A stretch of DNA of 64,000 nt from Candidatus Sediminicultor quartus. Lineage in GTDB: Bacteria; Atribacterota; Phoenicimicrobiia; Phoenicimicrobiales; Phoenicimicrobiaceae. The translations under genes were made by a program, and so were the position numbers. Position 1 is the first letter of the stretch. The number at the start of each line of letters is the position of its first letter. Shown here piece by piece: positions 1 to 9,080 of this stretch. The stretch lies in contig DSEL01000184.1 of the NCBI GenBank assembly GCA_011056645.1, forward strand, positions 7,699 through 71,698, read 5' to 3'. The notes under the pieces were generated by a model. That model had not been told where the DNA came from. It saw nothing but the letters and a program-made list of their open reading frames with translations, and made no database searches.

Positions 1-1
1 C

Positions 2-1951
2 ATGATATCTTTGGCCACTGCTTATGGGATACATTTTGTCAGCCGTTATTATGAAGATAGATACCGCTTTGAACCGCTAACAGCAGTTAAATTGGCTTTT
101 CGACATACTTTTTTACCTATAATGATGAGTGCTTTGACCACGATGGCTGGTTTTTTATCTCTTTCCGCTGCCATCGTAAGGCCGATTACCGAATTTGGTA
201 TTTTTTCTACCCTGGGAATATTTTTTGCCTTTATACTGGCAACTTTCTTCCTGGGTGCTTTTTATAGACTTTTTCCTCCTCCCAAAATACATAAAAAATT
301 CTCTTCTGATTCTAACGATCTGATCAATAAATTATTGAACCTTATTTTTTATCTGGTTTCAGAAAAAAAGAAGACGGTTATCGTGATTTTATTAGTGGTG
401 GTTTTAGCAGGAATCGGCTTTGCTACCCGGATCATACCCGATTCTTCCATGGAATCAAGATTGGGAGAAAAGAACCAAGTGGTAAAAACCTTGAATTATT
501 TTAAAGAGAAATTTGGCGGGGTCGATACCCTTTATATTTACACGGAAGCTGATAATGTCAAGAACCCTTACGTCCTAAGACAGATAAAAAAAATTGAGGA
601 TTACTCGGAACGGCTCCCTTCACTAACGGAACCATCTTCGATCAGCGATTTTTTAATCGACCTTAATGATGCCATGGAAAATAAAAAGATCATCCCTGCC
701 AATTTGGGAAAGATCGATAATCTCTGGTTTTTTGCCCAGAATAATGAATACCTTACTTCTATGGTGGGAGATGGGGATAAAGAAACGCTGGTATCCCTTA
801 AGGCAAAAGAAATGACTTCTGATGCCCTTGATCTATCCATTGCTAAAATACGGGCATTTATAGAAACCATTCCCAAAAATGTAAAAGAGGTCGATCTTCA
901 ATCATTAGAAAAAGAAGAAGTCAAAAAATATTTCCCTTATATTGCAGAGGAAATTATTTCTTCCCTTCAGGCTAAAGGCATACAGATAAAAGATGTTGAC
1001 GGTTTCAAGAACGAACTGATTCAATTGGCTGCTCAACCAAATAGTGAATTTGAAAGAAAAGACCCGGCATTTATTGCTGAAATATTGTCTCTTTCTACTT
1101 TAGAAATTGAAGATTTAGGATTGACCAAGGAAGAGATTGCACCTTTACTTTCATCTTATATCCAAGATGAGCAAAGCGCAGACCTCTTTATAGATGAACT
1201 GATGAGTCAAATAGGCTTATCAGAAGATGATGCTCTTTATTTACAAGAAATATTGGAAGTTTCTCGGGATATGGCACAGGAAAGAGAAAAAGTAAAAGAG
1301 GCACAAATAAGAGCAGAAAAATATTTAGATGCGCCCCTAACCGATGAGGAAAAGGATATCTTGTGGTATTTGAATGATAAAGTGGTTTTTGTACCTGATG
1401 ATCATGAAGCTTCCAAACTCTCTTTTCGGCTGAGCGGAACACCGGTCATTATGGATCGGGTGAACCGCAGTGTGTTCAGGGGACAGATCAGGAGTATCAT
1501 CCTGGCCTTTTTGCTGGTGTTTACCATGTTGGTCATTCAATTTAAATCGGTTAAAATCGGATTATTTTCTATGGCCCCTCTTGTTTTAACTATTATCACT
1601 ACTGGTGGTGCTATGGGCTTCTTTAATATACCCTTGAATTTTTCTACCATGATGGTAGCAAGTATCGCCATAGGAGCAGGGATAGATTATACCATTCACT
1701 TTATTTCCCGCTATAAAAATGAAATAAAGCACAAGGATGCAAGAGAGGCACTAAAAATTACTCTGACCGGAACCGGAAGAGCGATCCTCTTTAATTCCAT
1801 TTCTATTGCAGCCGGGGTTCTTGTACTCAGCTTTTCCAACATTAAGATGATGGCCTCTTTCGGCCAATTGATCGGAAGTGTTATGCTGGTAAGTGTTATA
1901 TATACTCTATTGCTTCTTCCTATATTGTTGGCTAAAATCGATTTTAAATAA
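2..1951 (+). CDS. MMPL/RND-superfamily exporter, C-terminal portion (5' end truncated by the window edge)
   Basis: 649-aa ORF running off the window start. It has multiple transmembrane segments on either side of a large charged extracytoplasmic domain, the usual MMPL/HpnN-like RND layout. Followed by LolA-like and TetR genes. Confidence 0.65.
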   Translation: MISLATAYGIHFVSRYYEDRYRFEPLTAVKLAFRHTFLPIMMSALTTMAGFLSLSAAIVRPITEFGIFSTLGIFFAFILATFFLGAFYRLFPPPKIHKKFSSDSNDLINKLLNLIFYLVSEKKKTVIVILLVVVLAGIGFATRIIPDSSMESRLGEKNQVVKTLNYFKEKFGGVDTLYIYTEADNVKNPYVLRQIKKIEDYSERLPSLTEPSSISDFLIDLNDAMENKKIIPANLGKIDNLWFFAQNNEYLTSMVGDGDKETLVSLKAKEMTSDALDLSIAKIRAFIETIPKNVKEVDLQSLEKEEVKKYFPYIAEEIISSLQAKGIQIKDVDGFKNELIQLAAQPNSEFERKDPAFIAEILSLSTLEIEDLGLTKEEIAPLLSSYIQDEQSADLFIDELMSQIGLSEDDALYLQEILEVSRDMAQEREKVKEAQIRAEKYLDAPLTDEEKDILWYLNDKVVFVPDDHEASKLSFRLSGTPVIMDRVNRSVFRGQIRSIILAFLLVFTMLVIQFKSVKIGLFSMAPLVLTIITTGGAMGFFNIPLNFSTMMVASIAIGAGIDYTIHFISRYKNEIKHKDAREALKITLTGTGRAILFNSISIAAGVLVLSFSNIKMMASFGQLIGSVMLVSVIYTLLLLPILLAKIDFK

Positions 1952-1957
1952 AAAGGA

Positions 1958-1984
1958 GTGAAAATAGTGAAAATAGTGAAAATA
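1958..1984 (+). repeat. perfect tandem 9-bp repeat (GTGAAAATA)x3 spanning the RBS-proximal start region of the LolA-like gene
   Basis: gtgaaaata gtgaaaata gtgaaaata. Each unit contains an in-frame GTG. Confidence 0.7.
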
Positions 1985-2779
1985 AGAAAATATGGTTTGT
2001 TGGTGATTACTGTTTGCTTGCTTGTTTTTGCGTTAAGTATGGTATCTGTGTCCTATGCAGAAGGAGCGGAGGCAGCCCTTAGCCTTAGCGCGGATGAAAT
2101 TATAGATAAAGTGGAAGAGTACTCCCCTGATTATACTAATCAAAAAACTCTTTCCGAAATGATTCTCCTTGACCAGAAGGGAAATGAAGAAGTCAGAGAG
2201 ATGGTGATGTTTTCTCAAGAAGGGGAAGAGGGAAAAAGCAGTATACTTGTTAGGTTTCTCTCTCCTAAATCGGCAAAAGGAGTTACGCTTCTAAATATCA
2301 ATGATGGAGAAAGAATAGAGTTATATATGCCTGCCTTTGGCAAACCCAGGCGAATCGCCGGGGCTATAAAGGGCGAGGAATTTATGGGTACCGGCCTTTC
2401 CTATGAAGATATGAGTTTTGATTATAAAGATAAAGACTATGAAAAAACACTTTTGGAAGAAACAGAAGGAGAATACATTGTAGAAGTTTTACCGAGTGGA
2501 GAAGATGTGTCTTATGAAAAAATCATTATTCATGTAGATAAAGAAAAGTTTTATGCCAGAAAAGTAGAATTTTACAAAACAAGTAATGAGTTAACCAAAA
2601 CCTTGACCATCAATAAAATACAAATTGACGATAAAGGTAAGATCACGCCGATGGAGATAGAATTTACAGATATAGCAGAAGGAAATAAAACCAAAATAGT
2701 CATCAAAGAAATAGAGTACGATGTCGAATTGTCATCCGATTTCTTTAGTATCAGGACCCTGTCAAAGCCGACACTTTGA
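1958..2779 (+). CDS. LolA-like outer-membrane lipoprotein-sorting family protein (secreted)
   Basis: N-terminal signal peptide, then a motif of the LSADEIIDKVEE... type typical of LolA-like/DUF4367 proteins that accompany MMPL exporters. AAGGAG RBS at 1953-1958; the likely start is the GTG at 1967 (8-nt spacing) rather than 1958. Confidence 0.5.
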   Translation: MKIVKIVKIRKYGLLVITVCLLVFALSMVSVSYAEGAEAALSLSADEIIDKVEEYSPDYTNQKTLSEMILLDQKGNEEVREMVMFSQEGEEGKSSILVRFLSPKSAKGVTLLNINDGERIELYMPAFGKPRRIAGAIKGEEFMGTGLSYEDMSFDYKDKDYEKTLLEETEGEYIVEVLPSGEDVSYEKIIIHVDKEKFYARKVEFYKTSNELTKTLTINKIQIDDKGKITPMEIEFTDIAEGNKTKIVIKEIEYDVELSSDFFSIRTLSKPTL

Positions 2780-2783
2780 GTCA

Positions 2784-2811
2784 GTTGTTAGTGAATAGTA
2801 TTTGGCAAATA
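2784..2811. repeat. copy of the GTTGTTAGTGAATAGT repeat family followed by palindrome TATTTG-g-CAAATA
   Basis: gttgttagtgaatagt at 2784-2799 matches the repeat at 54014-54043. TATTTGGCAAATA at 2799-2811 is a perfect 6-1-6 palindrome. Confidence 0.45.
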
Positions 2812-3053
2812 TAGTAACAAGTAATGTGTAATGAGTAAAAAAGAAAAATTCAGGAAATGGAATAAAATAGTATTACCTATTGAGTATTGCGTTAGGGAAA
2901 TAGTTGCCAAGGTCAAAAATCGTATCTTGTAAAAAAGATAGAATTTAGAAGTTAGGAGTAGGGGTTCGATTCATCGCACCCGCCGCTGTGCTATACTCTA
3001 TAATATACCCGATATTCAATACGATTAAATAAGATTAAATAAGAGGAGGAAAT

Positions 3054-4298
3054 ATGATTCAACAAAATAGGATTTTTTTAACAATTTTAATCATTTTGTT
3101 GCTTTCTACTTCTGTATTAGCCGGAAGTTTTTCCGGTACTTTAACTTATTCCGGGCAATATAATTTTGCCCAAGATGAGCTGTCAAATACTCTAAATTTG
3201 GACCTTGACTATATTCATAGCCTCACCGACGATATCTTTGTAGAGGGAGATCTGCTCATTAGATATTCTGACAGTTCTTCTACCAATCCTCTGATGATTG
3301 TACCCAAGGAACTGTATATTGGCACTTATGACCTTATTATTCCTAATTTAGATTTAAACGCAGGCAGGCTGATTGTAAGCTGGGGTTCATCGGATATGTT
3401 TAGCCCTTTGGATAACTTTAATCCTTCGCCTCCCGGGATATCTTTTGCGGATAGATCCTCCAGAAAGAGCGGAGTCTGGGCGGTTGATGCAACTTATTAT
3501 CTCAATGATATCACCTATCTGCAGGGACTATATCTTCCTCATTTTACTCCCTCATTCATGCCTGCAGGGTATGAAGAACAATTATATCTTTCCATGTTTT
3601 CTCCGGGATTTCAGGCACAGGGAATAGAAATAGATTCTATTAATTTAGACCGTAGTCTTCCCAAAAAACCAGCATGGGGAGTGAAACTGGGAAGAAGTTT
3701 TTCTACTTTTGATGCAGCGATCAGTTATTATAACGGATATTATCCCTTTGCTTATCCTGCGTCGGTAGAGCTCACTCCCGGAACTTCCGGGACATCTTTG
3801 AATTTAGGGTTGGAGTATCCCAAGAGAGATATCTTTGGATTTGAATTCCAGGGAGATTTCCCGGGGATTGAAGGGGCTACTTTAAGAGGGGATTTAGCCT
3901 ATATCATCCCACAACCCTGGCAAGTACAGGGTGAAGATATGCTAAAAGATCCTTACCTGAAAGCAATAATTGGTGCGGATTATACTACTTCTTTTGACCT
4001 CTACCTGAATGTAGCTTTTATTTGGGGATTTATCCTTGAAGAAGGAAAGCAATGTTCCCCTTATATTTTACTAAATGCCGAAAAAGACTTGAAAGATTCC
4101 AAGCTCACTCCGAATTATGTAGGAGTAATAAACCTTCAAGACGGAAGCATGATAAATTCTCTCGGTGCCAGTTATGATTTCACCGATGATTTTTCAATGA
4201 CCCTCTCTTACGTTAAGATTTTTGGGGACCAGGATTCAAAGCTGGGGCAGGTAAAAAGCGCAGAGGGATTATATGTCTCAGCAGAGTGGTGTTTCTAA
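3054..4298 (+). CDS. secreted hypothetical protein, possibly outer-membrane beta-rich, associated with the MMPL exporter
   Basis: GAGGAGG RBS 6 nt upstream and a clear signal peptide (LLLSTSVLAGS). Rich in aromatic residues, Gly and Ser. No recognisable catalytic motif. Confidence 0.4.
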   Translation: MIQQNRIFLTILIILLLSTSVLAGSFSGTLTYSGQYNFAQDELSNTLNLDLDYIHSLTDDIFVEGDLLIRYSDSSSTNPLMIVPKELYIGTYDLIIPNLDLNAGRLIVSWGSSDMFSPLDNFNPSPPGISFADRSSRKSGVWAVDATYYLNDITYLQGLYLPHFTPSFMPAGYEEQLYLSMFSPGFQAQGIEIDSINLDRSLPKKPAWGVKLGRSFSTFDAAISYYNGYYPFAYPASVELTPGTSGTSLNLGLEYPKRDIFGFEFQGDFPGIEGATLRGDLAYIIPQPWQVQGEDMLKDPYLKAIIGADYTTSFDLYLNVAFIWGFILEEGKQCSPYILLNAEKDLKDSKLTPNYVGVINLQDGSMINSLGASYDFTDDFSMTLSYVKIFGDQDSKLGQVKSAEGLYVSAEWCF

Positions 4299-4885
4299 TG
4301 GATAGTGAAAAGATGAACAAAAAAGAAAAAATTTTAGAGGCTGCCCGGGATACGTTTTTTAGCAAGAGCTTCTACGAAGCCACCATGGATGATATCGCTC
4401 AGCTTTCCGGAATAAAAAAATCTACTATCTATTACTATTTTCCTTCTAAAATAGATTTGGCTTCAGAGCTTTTGGAGCAACATATAAAAAATATTTTTGA
4501 AAAGACCAGCGAAATAATTGATACCACCCATAATATTAAACTACGGATTAAAATGATCATAGACTTTTATCTAAAACTTTTAGCAGAAAATTCCAAAATA
4601 TTTATTATTCTGGAAAGAATTGCTTATGATTTTATGCAAAAAGACCACAGCAAAAAAAAGATAAATAAGCTCTTCGAAAAGTTAAGAGACAAACAGAAGA
4701 AATTGAGTGACCTCTTTGGAGACATCATCTTATCTTCCGGTAAAAAAGTAAGCGGAGATCTATTTTTATATTCCCTGGTTGCTGCCCTGGGAAGAGTTAT
4801 TTTTGAAAATGTGTCTCAAGGAAGAACTCCCAAGAAAGAGGATCTCCTGGCTATCGGCGATATTTTCATCGCCTCAGTAAATTGA
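4298..4885 (+). CDS. TetR/AcrR family transcriptional regulator
   Basis: N-terminal TetR HTH (ILEAARDTFFSKSFYEATMDDIAQLSGIKKSTIYYYFPSK). The start overlaps the preceding stop as TAATG. The TGA stop lies inside REP copy 4883-4909. Confidence 0.8.
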   Translation: MDSEKMNKKEKILEAARDTFFSKSFYEATMDDIAQLSGIKKSTIYYYFPSKIDLASELLEQHIKNIFEKTSEIIDTTHNIKLRIKMIIDFYLKLLAENSKIFIILERIAYDFMQKDHSKKKINKLFEKLRDKQKKLSDLFGDIILSSGKKVSGDLFLYSLVAALGRVIFENVSQGRTPKKEDLLAIGDIFIASVN

Positions 4886-4909
4886 TACAGAGAACCGTCC
4901 CCTGTATCA
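4883..4909 (+). repeat. REP-like 27-bp imperfect palindrome (TGATACAGAGAACCGTCCCCTGTATCA), copy 1
   Basis: 8-bp perfect inverted arms TGATACAG/CTGTATCA around an asymmetric 11-nt core. Identical to the copies at 9081 and 29397 and the reverse complement of 28476. Sits exactly between the convergent stops of the TetR and potC-like genes. Confidence 0.85.
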
Positions 4910-4912
4910 ATT

Positions 4913-5767
4913 CTATTCTTCTTTGCTTTTGAAATAAAAATTTCCGACGGCAATAATGGAAACAGTTACGATTAAAATAAAAGATATGGCATTGATAACC
5001 GGGGTAGACCCATCTCTTACCTGTTGATATAAAATGATAGGCAGGGTGGGTTGAGAGCTAATCAGGAATGTGGTGGTATTAAAATTCTCAAAGGACATCA
5101 GGAAGGCTATGGCTGCACCTCCTATAACCGAGGGCTTGAGATACTGAAGGGTAATAAACCAGATAACCGAAAATCGATTGGCGCCAAGATCGGACGCGGC
5201 TTCTTCAAGCGTTCTATCAAATTTTCTTAACCTTGCTGAAATAACCATGGTTACGATAGTGGTAATAAAGGAAAACTGACCAAGAACTATAAGCCAGAAA
5301 CCTGGCCTTAGTATTTTTATATCAATCCCAAAAACATTCTCAATAAATAATCCTACTGTAGTCGAGAATAAAAGTATGGATATACCGAGAATAACTCCCG
5401 GAATAACCAAGGGAGCGATCATTAAGAAATATAAAGCACCCTTAAATTTGAAATCTTCCTGTTCAAAGAGAAAAGCAGCCATCGTTCCGACAATAGTTGA
5501 AAAGATAGAAACTGAAATTGCTACTTTAAAGGAAGTAGCTATCGCCCTTAAATTCATTTTGTCATAAAATATACCAATTTTTTCAGGCCCTTTCCCAAAA
5601 AACCAATCAAAAGTAAACCCTTTCCAGGGCAAAGAGGGGAACATAGAATCATTAAAGGCCAGAATCATGGTGATAACCAGCGGAGCAAATAGAAAAATAA
5701 AATAGAAAAGTGCAAAAAGCCTGTAACCCGATAAATAACTTTTAGAATTTGGTAATGTTCTTATCAT
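4913..5767 (-). CDS. potC: ABC transporter permease, spermidine/putrescine PotC-like
   Basis: Six-TM permease with an EAA loop (EEAASDLGANRFSVIWFITLQYLKP). Last gene of a binding-protein/ATPase/permease/permease operon. Confidence 0.7.
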   Translation of the reverse strand: MIRTLPNSKSYLSGYRLFALFYFIFLFAPLVITMILAFNDSMFPSLPWKGFTFDWFFGKGPEKIGIFYDKMNLRAIATSFKVAISVSIFSTIVGTMAAFLFEQEDFKFKGALYFLMIAPLVIPGVILGISILLFSTTVGLFIENVFGIDIKILRPGFWLIVLGQFSFITTIVTMVISARLRKFDRTLEEAASDLGANRFSVIWFITLQYLKPSVIGGAAIAFLMSFENFNTTTFLISSQPTLPIILYQQVRDGSTPVINAISFILIVTVSIIAVGNFYFKSKEE

Positions 5768-6630
5768 CTAACTACCTTCCTGAAATCCTGTTTGGTTACT
5801 TTCAAGGCAATCCATATTATTAAAGAGGATAAGGCTAACAATAAAAACCCAAAGGCAGCTCCCTGATTCCAATTAAAATAAGTGATGATCTGATTGTATA
5901 TCTGTTCGGTAAACCATAGAGAGTTCTTGCCCCCCATGAGTTTCGGGGTCAAATAGCTGCCAAGAACCAGCATAAATACAATGATACTTCCGGACATGAT
6001 GCCAGGCATTGAATAGGGAATAATGATTTCACGCCAGATGGCTATTTTCTTTGCTCCCAGGTCATAGGCTGCTTCGATAAGAGAATCATCAAGACTTTCC
6101 ATAACCCCTATAATTGGTATAATCATAAAAAGCATGGAGGTATAAACCAGCCCCATTATCATGGTAATATCATTATAGAGCATCTCTGTGGGCTGTTTGA
6201 ATAAACCGATACCTACCAAAAAATGGTTAAGTACTCCGCTTTCCCGCAAAAGTATCATCCACCCGTAAACTCTGATTAATTCACTAACCCAAAAAGGAAC
6301 TAAAAGCAAAACCGATAATACTCCCTGTATTCTTAAATTAACAACTTTAGTAATAAAAAAGGCGATAGGAAGCGCAATAATCAGTACAATAAAGGTTACC
6401 ATTATAGAATACATTGCGGTCCGTACGAAGGTAAGCCAATAAATCGGTTCGGTAAAAAAAGCGCTATAATTTTTAAGGGTAAATCCTGACCTTCCCAAGA
6501 ATGACATTCTGAGCAACTCAAGATGCGGAAGTACGATCAATAAAAATAACCATAAAAAAACCGGGATAAAGAATATAACAAAACTCCATCTTATTTTAGA
6601 TATTTTAGAGCTCCTCATATATCTTACCAT
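5764..6630 (-). CDS. potB: ABC transporter permease, spermidine/putrescine PotB-like
   Basis: Permease with an EAA motif (IEAAYDLGAKKIAIWREIIIPYS). Overlaps its neighbours by 4 nt at both ends, consistent with translational coupling. Confidence 0.7.
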   Translation of the reverse strand: MVRYMRSSKISKIRWSFVIFFIPVFLWLFLLIVLPHLELLRMSFLGRSGFTLKNYSAFFTEPIYWLTFVRTAMYSIMVTFIVLIIALPIAFFITKVVNLRIQGVLSVLLLVPFWVSELIRVYGWMILLRESGVLNHFLVGIGLFKQPTEMLYNDITMIMGLVYTSMLFMIIPIIGVMESLDDSLIEAAYDLGAKKIAIWREIIIPYSMPGIMSGSIIVFMLVLGSYLTPKLMGGKNSLWFTEQIYNQIITYFNWNQGAAFGFLLLALSSLIIWIALKVTKQDFRKVVR

Positions 6631-7720
6631 CCGTTTTATTGAAGCATACCGCAGCTTCAGGATCCCAACCTATTTTTATCTTGTCCTTGGCTTTGATATA
6701 ATCAAATTGCTTGTTCTGCGGCAGAGAGACAATAAGCTCTTGTTCTGAATTTTCAGGTACGACCAGCAGCTTGCTGTTCGCGCCATCAAAGAGTATTGCC
6801 TTGACACTAACATTCAAGACGTTCAGATTACTTTGCCCCATCTTTGGATTAATAATTACCGCCTCCGGCCTGACGTACAATTCGATAAGATCATCATCCT
6901 TTTTCAAATCAATAGGCTTGCTTAATTTAAAGCTTTTACCGTCTACGGTATCAGCGAAAAAGTTGCCCTTTTCATCTTTTCTTTGTTTTACAATAAATTT
7001 ATTATTTTTTCCTACAAATTGAGCAACAAAAGCAGAAGAAGGATTGGCATAAAGGTGTTGAGGGGTATCAAGTTGTTCAAAATGTCCGGTATTCATGACC
7101 GCTACATAGTCGCTCATCACCATAGCCTCTGATTGGTCATGGGTTATATATACAAAGGTGGTACCTACTTCCACCTGAAGTTTTTTGAGCTCAATTTTCA
7201 TATGCTCTCTCAATTTGGCATCAAGAGCTCCCAGGGGTTCATCCAGAAGAAGAGCCGATGGTTCAAGAACCAAGCATCGCGCTATAGCCACTCTTTGTTT
7301 TTGTCCGCCGGAAAGTTGAGTAATTTTTTTTAATCCATAATCCGGAAGCCCTACCCTTCCCAACATTGAATTGACTTTTTTTTCGACACTTTTACCTTTT
7401 TCCCCTCTCCTTCGAAGGCCAAAAGCAATATTGTCATGAACATTCATCATGGGAAATAAAGCAAGGTTTTGAAAAATAAGGTTTACCGGTCTTTTATTGG
7501 CTTCAATTCCCAGCATATTCTTTCCGCCAATTTCGACTGTTCCGCTTGTTGGTTGAAGAAAACCGGCAATCATTCTTAATAAGGTAGTTTTTCCGCAACC
7601 AGAAGGTCCCAGTATTGAGAAAAATTTTCCGTCCTCAACATCGAAGGAAACCTTATCCACGGCCGTGAAATGACCAAATTTTTTAGAAATATTTTTTACA
7701 GATAGTGCAATCTTCTGCAT
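6605..7720 (-). CDS. potA: ABC transporter ATP-binding protein, PotA-like with a C-terminal TOBE domain
   Basis: Walker A GPSGCGKTT, ABC signature LSGGQKQRVAIARCL and Walker B LLLDEPLGALD, plus a transport-associated OB-fold C-terminal region. Confidence 0.85.
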   Translation of the reverse strand: MQKIALSVKNISKKFGHFTAVDKVSFDVEDGKFFSILGPSGCGKTTLLRMIAGFLQPTSGTVEIGGKNMLGIEANKRPVNLIFQNLALFPMMNVHDNIAFGLRRRGEKGKSVEKKVNSMLGRVGLPDYGLKKITQLSGGQKQRVAIARCLVLEPSALLLDEPLGALDAKLREHMKIELKKLQVEVGTTFVYITHDQSEAMVMSDYVAVMNTGHFEQLDTPQHLYANPSSAFVAQFVGKNNKFIVKQRKDEKGNFFADTVDGKSFKLSKPIDLKKDDDLIELYVRPEAVIINPKMGQSNLNVLNVSVKAILFDGANSKLLVVPENSEQELIVSLPQNKQFDYIKAKDKIKIGWDPEAAVCFNKTDGKIYEEL

Positions 7721-7759
7721 TGTAGCACCTTCCGTGCATCCATATTTATTATAAAAGAG

Positions 7760-7787
7760 AAGCAGGCAGTGTTTTCACTGCCTGCTT
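7760..7787 (-). promoter_or_regulatory. intra-operon stem-loop (12-bp stem) between the binding-protein gene and the ATPase gene
   Basis: AAGCAGGCAGTG-tttt-CACTGCCTGCTT, immediately after the potD-like stop. On the minus strand it is followed by the U-rich run CUCUUUUAUAAUAAAU. This is the classic attenuator/mRNA stabiliser found 3' of binding-protein genes. Confidence 0.55.
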
Positions 7788-7794
7788 AATTTAT

Positions 7795-8883
7795 TTATTT
7801 TGCAGCTTGAATTCTATCCATTACTTTACCTTCCATTTCTTCAAGTCCTGGAGGTACGGTGGGATACCAGTTTATATTCGCAAGAACTTCGGGAGGTAAT
7901 CCTCGGGCAAAGTTGTCGGCAATTTCCGGATCAAGATATTTTCCGGCATCTTTTGAGGCTGTGCCATAGGTTTCTACATTGGTAAACACTGCTGCATTTT
8001 CCGGTCTAAGTATAAAGTTTATCCATTTATAAGCGCCTTCAACATTTTCAGATTTTGCCGGAATGGCAAAGGTATCAACCCATGCCAATGCACCACTGGT
8101 CGGAGCAAGATAATCGATATTTGGATTTTCCTTATGAAGCTTCCATCCTGCTTGCTCCCATGCCATGGCTGCCCAAACTTCACCTGATCTCATTGATTCA
8201 AGCAATTGATCACCGTTGTCCCAATAATTTCTTAGAACAGCCTTCCCGGCAATAAGCTTTTTGGCAATTTCATCAAGAAATTTTTGATAACCTACCGGGT
8301 CATTGTATAGAGCAAAGGGATCGTATCCGAATGAAAATCCCATGGCAATAAGTGTAGGTCTTTTCATCCTGTAGGAAACTCTTCCGGTATATTTCGGGTC
8401 AAGTAAATCTTTGTAATCTTTTACATCCGGTGCTTTTTCAAAGTTAACCACCAGACCTGAGGTGCCATAAACATGGGGCACTGCATAAGATTTACCATCA
8501 ACAAGGGTATTCTTTTTAACGGCTTCAACCAAAGAAGGATCAAGCTGGTCAAGATTCACTTTGGAATAATCGATCGGTTGATAAATACCATACTCAGCCA
8601 CTACAGAAGAAATTCTATCCTGTGAAGGTTGTGCAAGATCAAAGCCGCCGCCTCTGGTAGCCCTTAATTTTGAGATCATCTCCTCGTTATTACTCAGAAT
8701 AACCTGAACTTCTATCCCTGTCTCTTCTTTAAACTTTGCTACAAGCTCTTCCGGTGCATAACCTGCCCAGGTAATAAGACGTAATACATTGGGAGCCGAT
8801 AGCGCTATGATCTGACTACCGACACCGAAAAGCACTAAAGATACCAGTAACAAAAACACTGTCAATTTAATGGTCTTTTTCAT
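7795..8883 (-). CDS. potD: polyamine-type ABC transporter periplasmic substrate-binding protein (PotD/PotF family)
   Basis: Signal peptide (MKKTIKLTVFLLLVSLVLF) and a family-1 solute-binding fold. The start was chosen at the ATG at 8883, preceded by a GGAGG RBS. The longer ORF reaching 8937 would run through a promoter-like palindrome. Confidence 0.7.
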   Translation of the reverse strand: MKKTIKLTVFLLLVSLVLFGVGSQIIALSAPNVLRLITWAGYAPEELVAKFKEETGIEVQVILSNNEEMISKLRATRGGGFDLAQPSQDRISSVVAEYGIYQPIDYSKVNLDQLDPSLVEAVKKNTLVDGKSYAVPHVYGTSGLVVNFEKAPDVKDYKDLLDPKYTGRVSYRMKRPTLIAMGFSFGYDPFALYNDPVGYQKFLDEIAKKLIAGKAVLRNYWDNGDQLLESMRSGEVWAAMAWEQAGWKLHKENPNIDYLAPTSGALAWVDTFAIPAKSENVEGAYKWINFILRPENAAVFTNVETYGTASKDAGKYLDPEIADNFARGLPPEVLANINWYPTVPPGLEEMEGKVMDRIQAAK

Positions 8884-8917
8884 TATTTTCCTCCATGTAA
8901 AATTTTTTTTAATTAAT

Positions 8918-8937
8918 TTGATGCTTGATGCCATCAA
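8918..8937. promoter_or_regulatory. direct-plus-inverted TTGATG repeat (TTGATGcTTGATGcCATCAA) in the potD-like promoter region
   Basis: Seen directly, 35-54 nt upstream of the 8883 start codon on the coding strand. The TTGATG-g-CATCAA 6-1-6 palindrome could be a -35 element plus an operator. Confidence 0.3.
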
Positions 8938-9080
8938 TTATGAGAGACACGATGTCTCCGAAAAATAAATTTTACTTGTTCTGCCTCCCCCCTCCTTTCT
9001 TTCTTGTTTTACGGTTTGTTTTCCCTCATCTACGGTACTATGATTGCTTTATATTACGGGTGGCAAGCCTCTCGTGGAAA

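Noticed and set aside
601-876. Small antisense or overlapping ORFs listed in the six-frame track inside long genes
   Set aside because: Each is fully embedded in, and out of frame with, a well-supported longer gene. They have no RBS and low-complexity translations, so they are spurious. Other examples are 9004-9348, 14325-14627, 20681-21064 and 32782-32991.
2955-2995. tRNA-like T-loop fragment (GGGGTTCGATTC) in the intergenic region upstream of the 3054 gene
   Set aside because: The flanking sequence does not form a T-stem. No acceptor or anticodon arms can be built on either strand. At most it is a remnant or a chance match, not a tRNA gene.
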